IMG/VR virus record: IMGVR_UViG_3300005201_000716
Direction: 5' to 3' (one strand)
Source: an uncultured virus (IMG/VR IMGVR_UViG_3300005201_000716)
Lineage: Duplodnaviria > Heunggongvirae > Uroviricota > Caudoviricetes
DNA: 64,000 nt
The notes below the pieces were generated by a model. The model was not told where the DNA came from and did not search any database. It saw only the letters and a program-made list of their open reading frames with translations. Of the stretch, positions 49,639 through 59,138 are shown in pieces. Position 1 is the stretch's first letter. The number at the start of each line of letters is the position of its first letter. The translations under genes and the position numbers were made by a program.

Positions 49639-50412
49639 ATGGGATTCATATACAACGGAATATCATCGCAAAATATGAATATCAAAGCAAGGCTGACCAA
49701 CTGGCTGCTTTCCCCACTCCTCCGCAACTCATATGTGACTATACCCGGCAAACCCGGCTTAGCCGATTTCGGATGCGACAGCGCAGAGCGGTATATTATT
49801 ATGAAATGCGGCGTGTACCCGCAGCGTGATTTTTCGGAACTGGTAGCCGTGTTGGACGGCTTGGCCGCTTGGCTCAATCCGTCGCGGGGGCTTGGCGAGT
49901 TGATACTTGACGATGTGCCGGACAGATTTTTTTGGGCGCGTTTGTCCGATGCGGTAGACTGTGAGCGGCTTATTCGGTCAGCGGGACAGTTCGATTTGAA
50001 TTTCGTATGCCCCGATCCCCACGCATACGCTATTGCCGATGAGACATACACCATCACAGCGGCGGGCAGCCACACGGTCACCCGCCTCAAAGGAAGCGCC
50101 GCGTCGGAGCCGGTTTATTCCCTCAAGGGCGTTATTCCCTCCGGCGCGTCCACTTACATTTCGCTAACGACAAACGGCGCGGAGCTTCGAATCGTGGGCG
50201 CGCTTAATTCCGGCGAAACACTGGTAATCGATAGCGGCTTGGTTACGGCGAAAGTGATAAACGGCTTGGGTGTTACGCTCCGAAACGGTCTTCCATGCCT
50301 GCAGGAGTTAAACTTTCCAACATTACAAAGAGGAGCGAATACCGTGGTTATCTCTGCGGTGGGCGCGACGTTTACCGAATTGAGTATACAGGCGAAGAGC
50401 CGATGGAGGTGA
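49639..50412 (+). CDS. distal tail (Dit)-like protein, module 2
   Basis: MGFIYNGISS, IPGKPG, LILDDVPDR, FVCPDP. Confidence 0.88.
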   Translation: MGFIYNGISSQNMNIKARLTNWLLSPLLRNSYVTIPGKPGLADFGCDSAERYIIMKCGVYPQRDFSELVAVLDGLAAWLNPSRGLGELILDDVPDRFFWARLSDAVDCERLIRSAGQFDLNFVCPDPHAYAIADETYTITAAGSHTVTRLKGSAASEPVYSLKGVIPSGASTYISLTTNGAELRIVGALNSGETLVIDSGLVTAKVINGLGVTLRNGLPCLQELNFPTLQRGANTVVISAVGATFTELSIQAKSRWR

Positions 50413-50416
50413 GTGT

Positions 50417-52930
50417 ATAGCGGTAAAATCAGTTTTAACAGCGCAAGAAGATTTCACGGGAGAGTTTCCGATTACCGCAAAAACCGCCGTTATGTGGCGA
50501 TTTAACGAAGCCGCGCCGGATGGTGAAACACGTTTGTTGGATTCTTCCGGTAAGGGGCGGCATTTGACTATTTCCGGTTGGAGCGGTACGACGGCCAATC
50601 TGTTAAATGGCCGCCACGGGCGGTATTTTCGGATGAACACCAATAACCCGACCACAGAAAAGACGCACCTGATCGCCACAAATGACGGTGCGTTTTTTAA
50701 TAACCTCGGTAGCAAAATCGCCGTGGGCGGTTGGATTAACCCTACCACATACTCAGTCGGGCAGACGTATATTCCGCTTTTCAATACAAGGCAAGGCCCC
50801 GGACAGCCGATTATATATATTTCGCTCTTAAGCGGCCGTCCTCGTATGATGCTGTACAACTCGGCGGGAACGCTGCTCCTCGACCAAAGCGAAACGCCGA
50901 CATTCAACTTTATAAATAACGGCTGGTACTTTATCGGGGCGATAATCAGCTTGGTTGGCAACACCTCGCAGATGCTCATATGCAACCGCGCGAACGGAAC
51001 GGTCTGGACGGCTCCTGTCCGTAATTATTCAGGTGTCCTCAACCCGTCCTGTACTGCAAACATCGTCTTAGGTATGCACGCCGACACCTATTATTACGCT
51101 GGTGGTTTAGACGACTGGTTCTTTGAAACCGATAGCGATTTAACTATCGGGGATTTGGAGCGGTATTTCCGGCAAGCGATAATGGCGAACGGCGGCGACA
51201 CTTCCGGCAACGTAGACGCGCTTGTCGAACCTGGCGCGGTGTTGCTAAAAAGGACAGGTAGCGATTATGCCGGGGACGGCGCGCTTATTACCACGGCGGC
51301 GCCTTGTTCGCTCTCCGGCAGCGGGCGCGTGTCGGTAACAAGCGAGTACACTGCGGGAACGACGGCAATCAGCCTGATTGAAACATCAACGTCTGATGAT
51401 ATGGCCAACTGGTCGGCTTGGCAGCCGGTCGGCGCAAGCGGTGAGTTGGCTTCGCCTAACAGGGAATACATCCGCTATCGCGTTACCCTGACCACAAACG
51501 ATACCAACATAACGCCAAAGCTGCTTGACATTCAGCTACACGATATACCGAGGCCGCCATATGAGCGGCTCGGTTTCGCCCGGCCTATGGTCTTGGATTT
51601 GAACGGCGCTTGGGAGTCGGTTCTTGAAAACGCCTACGACATTATTGTCACCGGCGAGGTCAACGGCGCGGATACTTTGGATTTTAAGATACCTTACAGC
51701 GACGCCAAGCGGCTAACTCTGGATAACGAAAAAGCCGTGCAGATAGTCAGCGATATATACCGAATCCGTACCATCACCGACGAAAAAAGCTCGGATGGCA
51801 GCGCGGTTACGACCGTGTACGCGGAAGCCGCGTTTTATGATCTGGCGTTTTCCGCTGAAAAGGAGCCGGTGGAATTTAACGCCGACAAAGCCGACGTCGC
51901 TATGCGTTACGCCCTGCAAGGTACGGGTTGGTCGGTAGGGACGGTCAATGTGACCACACTGCGGACTTGGATGTGCGAGGAGAAAAACGCTCTGGCTATA
52001 CTGCGTATGGTACAGAATATCCACGGCGGCGACTTAGTGTTTGATAACGGCAATAAAATCGTGCATCTGCTAACATTTAGCGGAAAGGAGAGCGGCGCGT
52101 TGTTCGCTTACCGCAAAAACCTTAACAGTATCAAGCGGGTGGTAGATACCCGTTCATTGGTGACGAGGCTGTATGCTTACGGCAAAGACGGTATGACCTT
52201 CGCATTGATTAACGGAGGCAAGGAATATGTGGAGGACTTCACCTATTCAAACGAAGTACGGGTATCCACGCTTGATTGCTCTAATTTTTCGAATCCATAT
52301 CAGATGTTGGAATTCGCCCGAATGTGTCTTGCGGAGTACGCAAAGCCGCGAGTTTCTTATGTACTGTCCGCTATGGATTTGTCGGTACTGACAGGCTACG
52401 AACACGAACAGTGGGAACTTGGTGATATTGTCACGGTGGATGACCGCGATTTGAATATGACGGTTCAGACACGGATTATCCGGCGGGAATACAATCTGCA
52501 AGAGCCGTGGAAAACAGTGCTGGAACTGTCCTCAAAGCTGCGGGAGTTGGGTGATTCATCAACGGATGCCATCGCGGATCAGCTTGACCAGTCCAATCTA
52601 ATCGGGCAGGAAATAAAGGATATGGTGCCGTTTAACCATCTGCGGAACAGCCGCGCGGATGATGGCTTCGCCTACTGGCAGAATTCCGGATTTACGGTTG
52701 ATACCGATAATGGCGTGTCCGGCACGGCTTCGTTCAAAGCAACAGGCGTGTCAAATATGACAAAGAGCATAGCGCAGACGGTATATCCTGCGAACCGCCG
52801 TAGTTATACCATTTCCGCGCAGATAGGCTCGGAAAATTTACAAAAAGGCTCTGGCGGTCAGGTCGGTATTGAGGTTGTGTTCGAGTACGAGGACGGGACG
52901 ACTGAAACACGGTTTATTGATTTGTTCTGA
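50417..52930 (+). CDS. Tal/tail-spike protein, module 2 (LamG-like N-terminus, prophage-tail domain, CBM-like C-terminus); apparent start codon is ATA
   Basis: WRFNE...DSSG, GGLDDW, YRKNL, LVTRLYAYGKDG; RBS GGAGGTG then in-frame ATA GCG GTA AAA; first ATG at 50492. Confidence 0.85.
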   Translation: MAVKSVLTAQEDFTGEFPITAKTAVMWRFNEAAPDGETRLLDSSGKGRHLTISGWSGTTANLLNGRHGRYFRMNTNNPTTEKTHLIATNDGAFFNNLGSKIAVGGWINPTTYSVGQTYIPLFNTRQGPGQPIIYISLLSGRPRMMLYNSAGTLLLDQSETPTFNFINNGWYFIGAIISLVGNTSQMLICNRANGTVWTAPVRNYSGVLNPSCTANIVLGMHADTYYYAGGLDDWFFETDSDLTIGDLERYFRQAIMANGGDTSGNVDALVEPGAVLLKRTGSDYAGDGALITTAAPCSLSGSGRVSVTSEYTAGTTAISLIETSTSDDMANWSAWQPVGASGELASPNREYIRYRVTLTTNDTNITPKLLDIQLHDIPRPPYERLGFARPMVLDLNGAWESVLENAYDIIVTGEVNGADTLDFKIPYSDAKRLTLDNEKAVQIVSDIYRIRTITDEKSSDGSAVTTVYAEAAFYDLAFSAEKEPVEFNADKADVAMRYALQGTGWSVGTVNVTTLRTWMCEEKNALAILRMVQNIHGGDLVFDNGNKIVHLLTFSGKESGALFAYRKNLNSIKRVVDTRSLVTRLYAYGKDGMTFALINGGKEYVEDFTYSNEVRVSTLDCSNFSNPYQMLEFARMCLAEYAKPRVSYVLSAMDLSVLTGYEHEQWELGDIVTVDDRDLNMTVQTRIIRREYNLQEPWKTVLELSSKLRELGDSSTDAIADQLDQSNLIGQEIKDMVPFNHLRNSRADDGFAYWQNSGFTVDTDNGVSGTASFKATGVSNMTKSIAQTVYPANRRSYTISAQIGSENLQKGSGGQVGIEVVFEYEDGTTETRFIDLF

Positions 52931-52950
52931 TGAGATGAGACGGTGATTTT

Positions 52951-53145
52951 ATGGCATATTTTCAACATATAGCGCGGGATGCTTCGCCGAAGGGTTACGG
53001 CAAACTGCGCTCCATCACCGTCCGTCTCGTTATTCATAACTGCACAGGTGAAGTGTGGTTTACTGACCTTATGCTACAGGCAGGTTCACTTGCCACTGGG
53101 TGGGTCGGCCATATCTGTGAAATAAAGTGGACGATGGATGGGTGA
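52951..53145 (+). CDS. small tail-associated protein
   Basis: SITVRL...CTG.VWFTDLMLQ.G resembles the N-terminus of 55429-55995. Confidence 0.75.
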   Translation: MAYFQHIARDASPKGYGKLRSITVRLVIHNCTGEVWFTDLMLQAGSLATGWVGHICEIKWTMDG

Positions 53146-53432
53146 TTAATGAATAGTAATAAAAAGTGATAATACTACAATAATAACTGTAGGTTAATTT
53201 CTTAATATTTTTAGTATAATTGGATATTCGATACATTATTGAGCGAAAGCGCATAAAAATCTGAAATTTTGTTATATGGTAGATGTTAAAATTGTGTCCT
53301 TGTGTTGACAATCAAGGTTTACATTGATAAATATTCGATTAGGTTTCGCGTGATAAGGTGAATCATTTATATTGATAATTCGAACGCTAAATAAATACTG
53401 AATGCTACGTATAAATACGAGGAGGCGATTCA

Positions 53433-53756
53433 ATGTCTCATGGATATAATGGAAAATATATGACAAGAGCTGAGATTGATGAATTGGAACACACTTTCGA
53501 TTCTGATGAATGCTTAAAATTTGTGAAAAGTCTTCTTGATTCGCTTGATAATGATGAAGCATTTGGTGTTTGCAGATATTATTTACATAACGGTTATGAA
53601 ACCTTATCAGAAAAGCAAAAAAAAGTTTTCAAAATAGCATTACAACAAAACCTCTTAAAATGCAGTCGCTGTGAAGATTTTTATTGGATAGAAGCCGAAT
53701 TTGTCATTGATAACGGGCTTTGTAGCTATTGCCAGCAATCTTGGGATAATAGCTGA
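53433..53756 (+). CDS. hypothetical protein with C-terminal CxxC..CxxC Zn site
   Basis: RBS AGGAGG; CSRC and CSYC. Confidence 0.8.
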   Translation: MSHGYNGKYMTRAEIDELEHTFDSDECLKFVKSLLDSLDNDEAFGVCRYYLHNGYETLSEKQKKVFKIALQQNLLKCSRCEDFYWIEAEFVIDNGLCSYCQQSWDNS

Positions 53757-53862
53757 TAAACACAGCAGAAGAAAGCTATATTTTGACGATTGAATAAAAA
53801 ATCCGGCACCGTCAAAAGTAGCAACTTAAATACATTAAGGATAATAGAAGAGGAACAATACA

Positions 53863-54414
53863 ATGTACACTTTTAGAAGCAGAGAGCAAGGATCACTTAA
53901 AGTTTATGGTAATATTACTGGCCCGATTGAGGATTTTATTTCGTTGTTTTCTGCTTTTGAAGAATTGTATAATTTAGTTCTTGTTTTATCTGAGTCTTTG
54001 ATATTTGACGAATACATCAATGTGTCAATGCTTAGAAAGCTACTAAAGAGTAGCATAAATACTCATCGGTATGGCGATTATTATTTAAGAAGCTATGAGT
54101 CTGACCTTATATTACCTGAAGAACGACTTGTATTATCAAGTATCAATTTTAGTTCAACTGGTATATTTGATTTGTTAGGTGTTGCTTCGGTGCTTGAACA
54201 AATCAGAGAGTTTATTAAAGATATAACATATAGAAACAACCAACAAAAATGGGCGGGGAGAATTGAATTGTTGCAAAAAATTAATGATTCATCTCTTATA
54301 CAAGAAGAAAAACGTTTATTAATTAATAAAATCTATGCGCCTCTTAATAGGATCAAACGTGATATTGATATGAAAAAGATTACAGATGTAAAATCAGGAG
54401 AAGCTAAAGAGTAA
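53863..54414 (+). CDS. hypothetical moron protein
   Basis: RBS GAGG; 183-aa ORF in AT-rich DNA. Confidence 0.75.
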   Translation: MYTFRSREQGSLKVYGNITGPIEDFISLFSAFEELYNLVLVLSESLIFDEYINVSMLRKLLKSSINTHRYGDYYLRSYESDLILPEERLVLSSINFSSTGIFDLLGVASVLEQIREFIKDITYRNNQQKWAGRIELLQKINDSSLIQEEKRLLINKIYAPLNRIKRDIDMKKITDVKSGEAKE

Positions 54415-54460
54415 TCTCTTCACCTTATTATACAAAGATGTAAATCAAATTCACAGATGG

Positions 54461-54862
54461 GTGATACTGTTGATAATACAAAAAGTAATTAATCCTGATA
54501 TAGTAGAATACCCATCAGTATTGGGAGGCAATAATACAGGCTATCTTCACGGTTGTGCCATATGTCAGTTTTTTTTTAATAAAGGATGGAGTGATGAACC
54601 TCAAGATATTTATTCAATACTAAGTTCTACATCAAATAAAACTGAGTTTAATCAACTATGCTTGAATTCAACGCATTGCGCTCCAATCATTGAAAAATTT
54701 TTAAATGGAACATATAAGGCAAAATACGACGGTGGTAATGGTGCCGATGATATTTACGTATGGAATAATGGCGATGCAATAGTGGCAGTAGAAGGAAAGC
54801 ATAGAATATGTATTGCAAAGCGGTTTAAAATTAAGGAAATTCCAGTTATTTTTGATGAATAG
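54461..54862 (+). CDS. hypothetical protein with ParB/Srx-like motif, start uncertain
   Basis: VAVEGKHRICIAK...IPV resembles the ParB/Srx (D/E)GxHR motif. Confidence 0.55.
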   Translation: MILLIIQKVINPDIVEYPSVLGGNNTGYLHGCAICQFFFNKGWSDEPQDIYSILSSTSNKTEFNQLCLNSTHCAPIIEKFLNGTYKAKYDGGNGADDIYVWNNGDAIVAVEGKHRICIAKRFKIKEIPVIFDE

Positions 54863-54933
54863 ATAGTATATTTCAGCTTTCATGCTATTAGGTGCTGTAG
54901 AAATATATTAAAATAAATTAAGAGGTTGATATA

Positions 54934-55341
54934 ATGCCCTCTGATAGAAACAGAAAAAGTAGTGGCACGAAACTATTCCCAGTGATACCCGTAGCAGTCT
55001 CCGTTTCAAGCGTGGCTGTTTTGGTCGGTGTTATCTTTTATAGCGTCGCTGCACATACAGAAAAGCAATTTGCAGAACAACAAGCTCAACAGGCGATACA
55101 ACAAACAGTCGAGTATCAAAAATCCATGCAAAGAATAACTTGCATAGGCAACCAACGCACATTGGGCTTCGCAGAGAAGATTTGGGCTGCCCTGCTGGAA
55201 AACTCCGAAAGGCCTGCTTTGGGTAACCTTTCGCCAACCTATACAGGCGAATTTACATGCCCCACAGGCGGAACATATTCACCGGGGCCGGGAGAATTTA
55301 TATGGGTGTGTTCTGACCCGGATCACACGCAAACTCCGTAA
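54934..55341 (+). CDS. pilin/pseudopilin-like membrane-anchored protein
   Basis: N-terminal hydrophobic helix, C..NQR.L, CPTGGTY, VCS..H. Confidence 0.55.
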   Translation: MPSDRNRKSSGTKLFPVIPVAVSVSSVAVLVGVIFYSVAAHTEKQFAEQQAQQAIQQTVEYQKSMQRITCIGNQRTLGFAEKIWAALLENSERPALGNLSPTYTGEFTCPTGGTYSPGPGEFIWVCSDPDHTQTP

Positions 55342-55428
55342 TTCTAATTTTAAAGGTAAAAAAAAAACTTACATATCAAAAGACCGCTACGGTGGTCTTT
55401 TTTTATACCCAAAAGGAGGTACGGTTCA

Positions 55429-55995
55429 GTGGTGATTAATTTTATACGGTTCACGGAAACCGTAAAAATCAAGTCCGAAAAACGCGTGGTCAGCGTCACC
55501 GTCCGACCGCAAATTGCCGACTGTACCGGCACGATACTTTTCACCGACATTCAGCTTCAGGAAGGTGGCAAGCTGACCGGCTACACAAAACATACAGAAA
55601 CTATGCTCTGTAACAGCATAAACGCTCCGCGCTACCAAAATGGCGTGGTGCGTGGCGGTGCAACGCTTGTGCTGTTTAATACCGGGGAAACCTCGGCGGC
55701 TCTTGATGTCTATATATATCCGAAGCAACCGATGACAGCGGGCAGCGTTCAGATTTCGCAGGGTATGGGGTCGCACTTATGCCGCTTTATGTCGTCAGTA
55801 AGCGCGGGTGATAAATTGGCGCTCAAGGCATCTACCCGCCAATGTCTGAAGAACGAAAGCCCAACGCCAAAAGATGGGTTTTATCAATACACCGCCGCAT
55901 ATGATAGCAAGCATCAAGTAAAGTTGGATGACAGGATATCGGCGCGAGTTTATATGGAATATACGGAAATGATGGAAGGAGAGCCAAGCCCATGA
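55429..55995 (+). CDS. tail-associated hypothetical protein
   Basis: RBS AAGGAGGT; coupled to the GH18 gene. Confidence 0.8.
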   Translation: MVINFIRFTETVKIKSEKRVVSVTVRPQIADCTGTILFTDIQLQEGGKLTGYTKHTETMLCNSINAPRYQNGVVRGGATLVLFNTGETSAALDVYIYPKQPMTAGSVQISQGMGSHLCRFMSSVSAGDKLALKASTRQCLKNESPTPKDGFYQYTAAYDSKHQVKLDDRISARVYMEYTEMMEGEPSP

Positions 55996-58463
55996 GCAGA
56001 GATTATCTGAAAGGTAAAAAATGTATGGTTTGGTCGTTCATGGGCAACAGCCGTATGTTCCAAGCCCTGAACAACTACGGTGACCGCTTTGAAGCTGTTG
56101 GCATTTTCACGTTTGAGGTGGATATCACCGGCACGATTTCCGAAACGGGGACGCCGATTTCGGGTATGCTTCCATACATCAACAAGTGGCCGAAGGTGCG
56201 GTGGTTCCTCACTGTGATGAACCACGGTGCGGCTTCCATTTTTACCGCGCTCCGTAATAACACGAGCGGCGCGAAGACGATGTTTTTATTCGAGCTTGTA
56301 CGGATTATGCAGAAATATCCGTGGTGCGCGGGTGTGGATATCGACTTGGAGCGCGGTGGCGAGTACGAAAACAAGGACGCGGCGAATGATTTGTTTCGCG
56401 ATATTTACCAGACAGTAAAAGCGTTTAACTCTGCCAAACTGGTCAACATCTGCCTGCCGGGTATGACCTCGGTCAATGGTTCAGTCGGCGGCGAGAATTG
56501 GGCAGTGTACGCAGACCTTGACGCATACTGCGACACCGCCGCCATTATGTCTTACGGAATGGCGTGGGCGGGTTCAGCGCCGGGGCCTGTTTCGCCCCGT
56601 GATTGGCTGGTGGGTATCTACGATTACGCAAGCAAAGTAATGGACCCGCAGAAAATATATATGGGATTGCCGGGTTATGGATGGGAGTGGCAGATTTACG
56701 CAAATCCCGCTGATATCGGTAAGACTTACCGGGGCGTTTCGCTGACATATTACGCCGCCAAGATATGGGCGGAGGGTGGCTATAACTTTACGGGCAACGC
56801 TCCGCCGCAGCCGATGATACCGTGGCTCGCCTATTGGGATGATTATGACCAAGTCCCGTATATGTTTCCGCAAGTCTACGATTACGCTGAAGGTGGCGAC
56901 GCCGCGAGCCGTGAATCGCCGATGGTGGGCGATACATATAATCGTCGCCGCTATATAACTTGTTACAGTAAAACGCAAAAGGCAGAGTTTGGTACAATCT
57001 ATATCGACCGGGACGGTGAGCCGGACAGTTACACCGATGGCGTAGTGGTCGGCAACGGCACGATTACGCTTTCCACGGGCAGCGGCACGGCTGACTACAA
57101 TTTCACCATCAGCCAGTCCGGAAATTATGACGTGGCGGTAAGGATTTGCTTTCCGTTCTGGAATAAAAATGGCATAGACATATCGCTTGACGGCGTGTCA
57201 GTTGGTTATATGGAAAACCGTTTGTGGTGGCCCTATTGGAGAAAAACAATATGGTTCATCCTTGCCAATAACCGAAGCCTGTCGGCGGGAAGCCACATTC
57301 TTACCATCAACAGCGGCGTGGCGGGAGCGCAGTTCTACGGCTTTAGGGTCTGCTCGGCGTTCTCGGAACAGCCATCGGCGGGGAGTGCGATATTTGAGTT
57401 GTCACCACATAGCTTCAAGGACGTAAACGGCAATATGGCCGTGCCGGACAGGGGTTTTAAGCTGACCACCGAGGTCTTGCGGCGCAAGCCCGACTCGGCT
57501 TTGGCTTGGTATGAGGATTTCCGTGACCCCGTCACTTTGCAAAGTACATATTGGACTACTTTATATGGAAGCTGGGCGGTATGGCGGAGTGTGGAATGGT
57601 CGTCCGAGCGCGTTTACTCTCAGCTTGAGGGCAGTGGTCAGCTTGCTTGGAATTACAGTAATTTCAGCGATGTGCATATCAGAGCGCGTATAGCTTTTCC
57701 GCAGAACGGGAGCGGGCGTGCCGGTGTGTTCATCGGGAACATTTTCTGCTGTATTAACATTGATACGCAACGGGTGGAACTATATCAAGGCGCGTCGCTG
57801 CTCGGCAGTTACAGCGTGTCCTATTCGAAAACGCCAACCGTTGATATACGGACTGATCCGAATATGTACCTTATCGAAATGAGGAAGCGCGGGAACTGCG
57901 TGAGGGTATATTCCGGCAACAGCAACACGCTCCGTTTCACGGCAACAGTCAGCGCCACATCGGGTTATTGCGGTATCCAGTCGGACAGTGAAATCAAGTG
58001 CGAGCTGCTACGGCTTGGGGATGCGTGGTCATATGAGCCGTATGAAGCTTTCGATGTAACTATGCCCGATGGTTCGACCGAAAGCTACGGTAGAATTTTC
58101 CGGAGCGGCGTGTTGTGGGATTTGGAGTTTGAAGTTTTTACGGTCACTTCCGACGTAGAGGAATCCGCCACGCGGAATGAGGATATTTCAATGGATTACG
58201 ATTTTTTCCATAGTGCCATGCTTAACATCCCGTGTAATGCCGATTACATAGCGAAGTTCACACCGCGCGATATCAATGTCTGGTGCGCACGGCTGTTTCT
58301 TGGCGACAGGGACGGTTTCGGCATTGTCTATTACCAAGATGTGGACAGCATTGTCTATTGGGCGAATGAAGCCGCTTACCGATGGGGGTTGCGTGGCTTC
58401 GCTTTATGGTCGCTGGGTCAGGAGGACATTCGATTATGGGAGGCTATGCCGAAACAGATATAA
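55992..58463 (+). CDS. GH18 glycoside hydrolase with inserted carbohydrate-binding domains (virion-associated)
   Basis: GVDIDLE (DxDxE), IMSY, KIYMGLPGYG, C-terminal LRGFALWSLGQED. Confidence 0.88.
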   Translation: MSRDYLKGKKCMVWSFMGNSRMFQALNNYGDRFEAVGIFTFEVDITGTISETGTPISGMLPYINKWPKVRWFLTVMNHGAASIFTALRNNTSGAKTMFLFELVRIMQKYPWCAGVDIDLERGGEYENKDAANDLFRDIYQTVKAFNSAKLVNICLPGMTSVNGSVGGENWAVYADLDAYCDTAAIMSYGMAWAGSAPGPVSPRDWLVGIYDYASKVMDPQKIYMGLPGYGWEWQIYANPADIGKTYRGVSLTYYAAKIWAEGGYNFTGNAPPQPMIPWLAYWDDYDQVPYMFPQVYDYAEGGDAASRESPMVGDTYNRRRYITCYSKTQKAEFGTIYIDRDGEPDSYTDGVVVGNGTITLSTGSGTADYNFTISQSGNYDVAVRICFPFWNKNGIDISLDGVSVGYMENRLWWPYWRKTIWFILANNRSLSAGSHILTINSGVAGAQFYGFRVCSAFSEQPSAGSAIFELSPHSFKDVNGNMAVPDRGFKLTTEVLRRKPDSALAWYEDFRDPVTLQSTYWTTLYGSWAVWRSVEWSSERVYSQLEGSGQLAWNYSNFSDVHIRARIAFPQNGSGRAGVFIGNIFCCINIDTQRVELYQGASLLGSYSVSYSKTPTVDIRTDPNMYLIEMRKRGNCVRVYSGNSNTLRFTATVSATSGYCGIQSDSEIKCELLRLGDAWSYEPYEAFDVTMPDGSTESYGRIFRSGVLWDLEFEVFTVTSDVEESATRNEDISMDYDFFHSAMLNIPCNADYIAKFTPRDINVWCARLFLGDRDGFGIVYYQDVDSIVYWANEAAYRWGLRGFALWSLGQEDIRLWEAMPKQI

Positions 58464-58610
58464 GCTCCGATTTTCGATGTGTGCTGGCTAAAAACACATA
58501 ATAAAGCAAATTTTTTTGTCACATTTATGTCATATCAATTTTCATATATAGCCTTGCTATATATCCCGTTTAGAGCGAATATGTACGCAACGGATGGAGG
58601 TGAATATCGT

Positions 58611-58841
58611 ATGAATAAGATAAGGCGTAAGGATTTACAGAAACTCGCCGATCAGGTGGATAAAATTCGTGACACGGTAGAGGAAATATTGAGCGAAGAA
58701 GAAGGATATCGTGACAGTATTCCCGAAAACCTTCAAAGCTCAGAAAATTATAGGTGTGCCAACGATGCAATTGACGCTTTAGGTGAGTCCATAAGTCATT
58801 TAAACGACGCCGTTGAGTACATTACAGGGGCTATAGTTTGA
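58611..58841 (+). CDS. small acidic coiled-coil cassette protein
   Basis: promoter motif at 58554, RBS GGAGGTG; MNKIRRK.L...EE...RDSIPENLQ. Confidence 0.8.
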   Translation: MNKIRRKDLQKLADQVDKIRDTVEEILSEEEGYRDSIPENLQSSENYRCANDAIDALGESISHLNDAVEYITGAIV

Positions 58842-58961
58842 AGCACATATCCAATTTTAAAACGGCGAGTGGTATCTTCTTTCTGAGGTTTCGTAAGCTG
58901 AAACACCCAATATGGCGTTCTCAGATTCTTAAGTAGGTCAAATAAATTGGAGGTTTTGATA

Positions 58962-59138
58962 ATGGCAATGACAAATGCGAGGAAAGCCGTCTACAAGAAA
59001 GGCTGGTGGCGGCGCGAGTCCAATGTTGACCGACGCAATCGCCGCCGGGAGCTCAACAAACGCATTCGACGCAGCGGTGATTTGTTGAGTGGAAATTACT
59101 ACAGGAAGATAACAAGCAATTTTGAAACAATGTCATAG
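58962..59138 (+). CDS. small Arg-rich protein
   Basis: RBS GGAGG; followed by the conserved hairpin (59152) and a terminator. Confidence 0.7.
   Translation: MAMTNARKAVYKKGWWRRESNVDRRNRRRELNKRIRRSGDLLSGNYYRKITSNFETMS

Larger units (their letters stand above)
53146..55410. other. AT-rich moron island within tail module 2
   Basis: sharp drop in GC; four unrelated ORFs; closed by terminator AAAGACCGC-TACG-GTGGTCTTTTTT at about 55379-55404. Confidence 0.85.
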
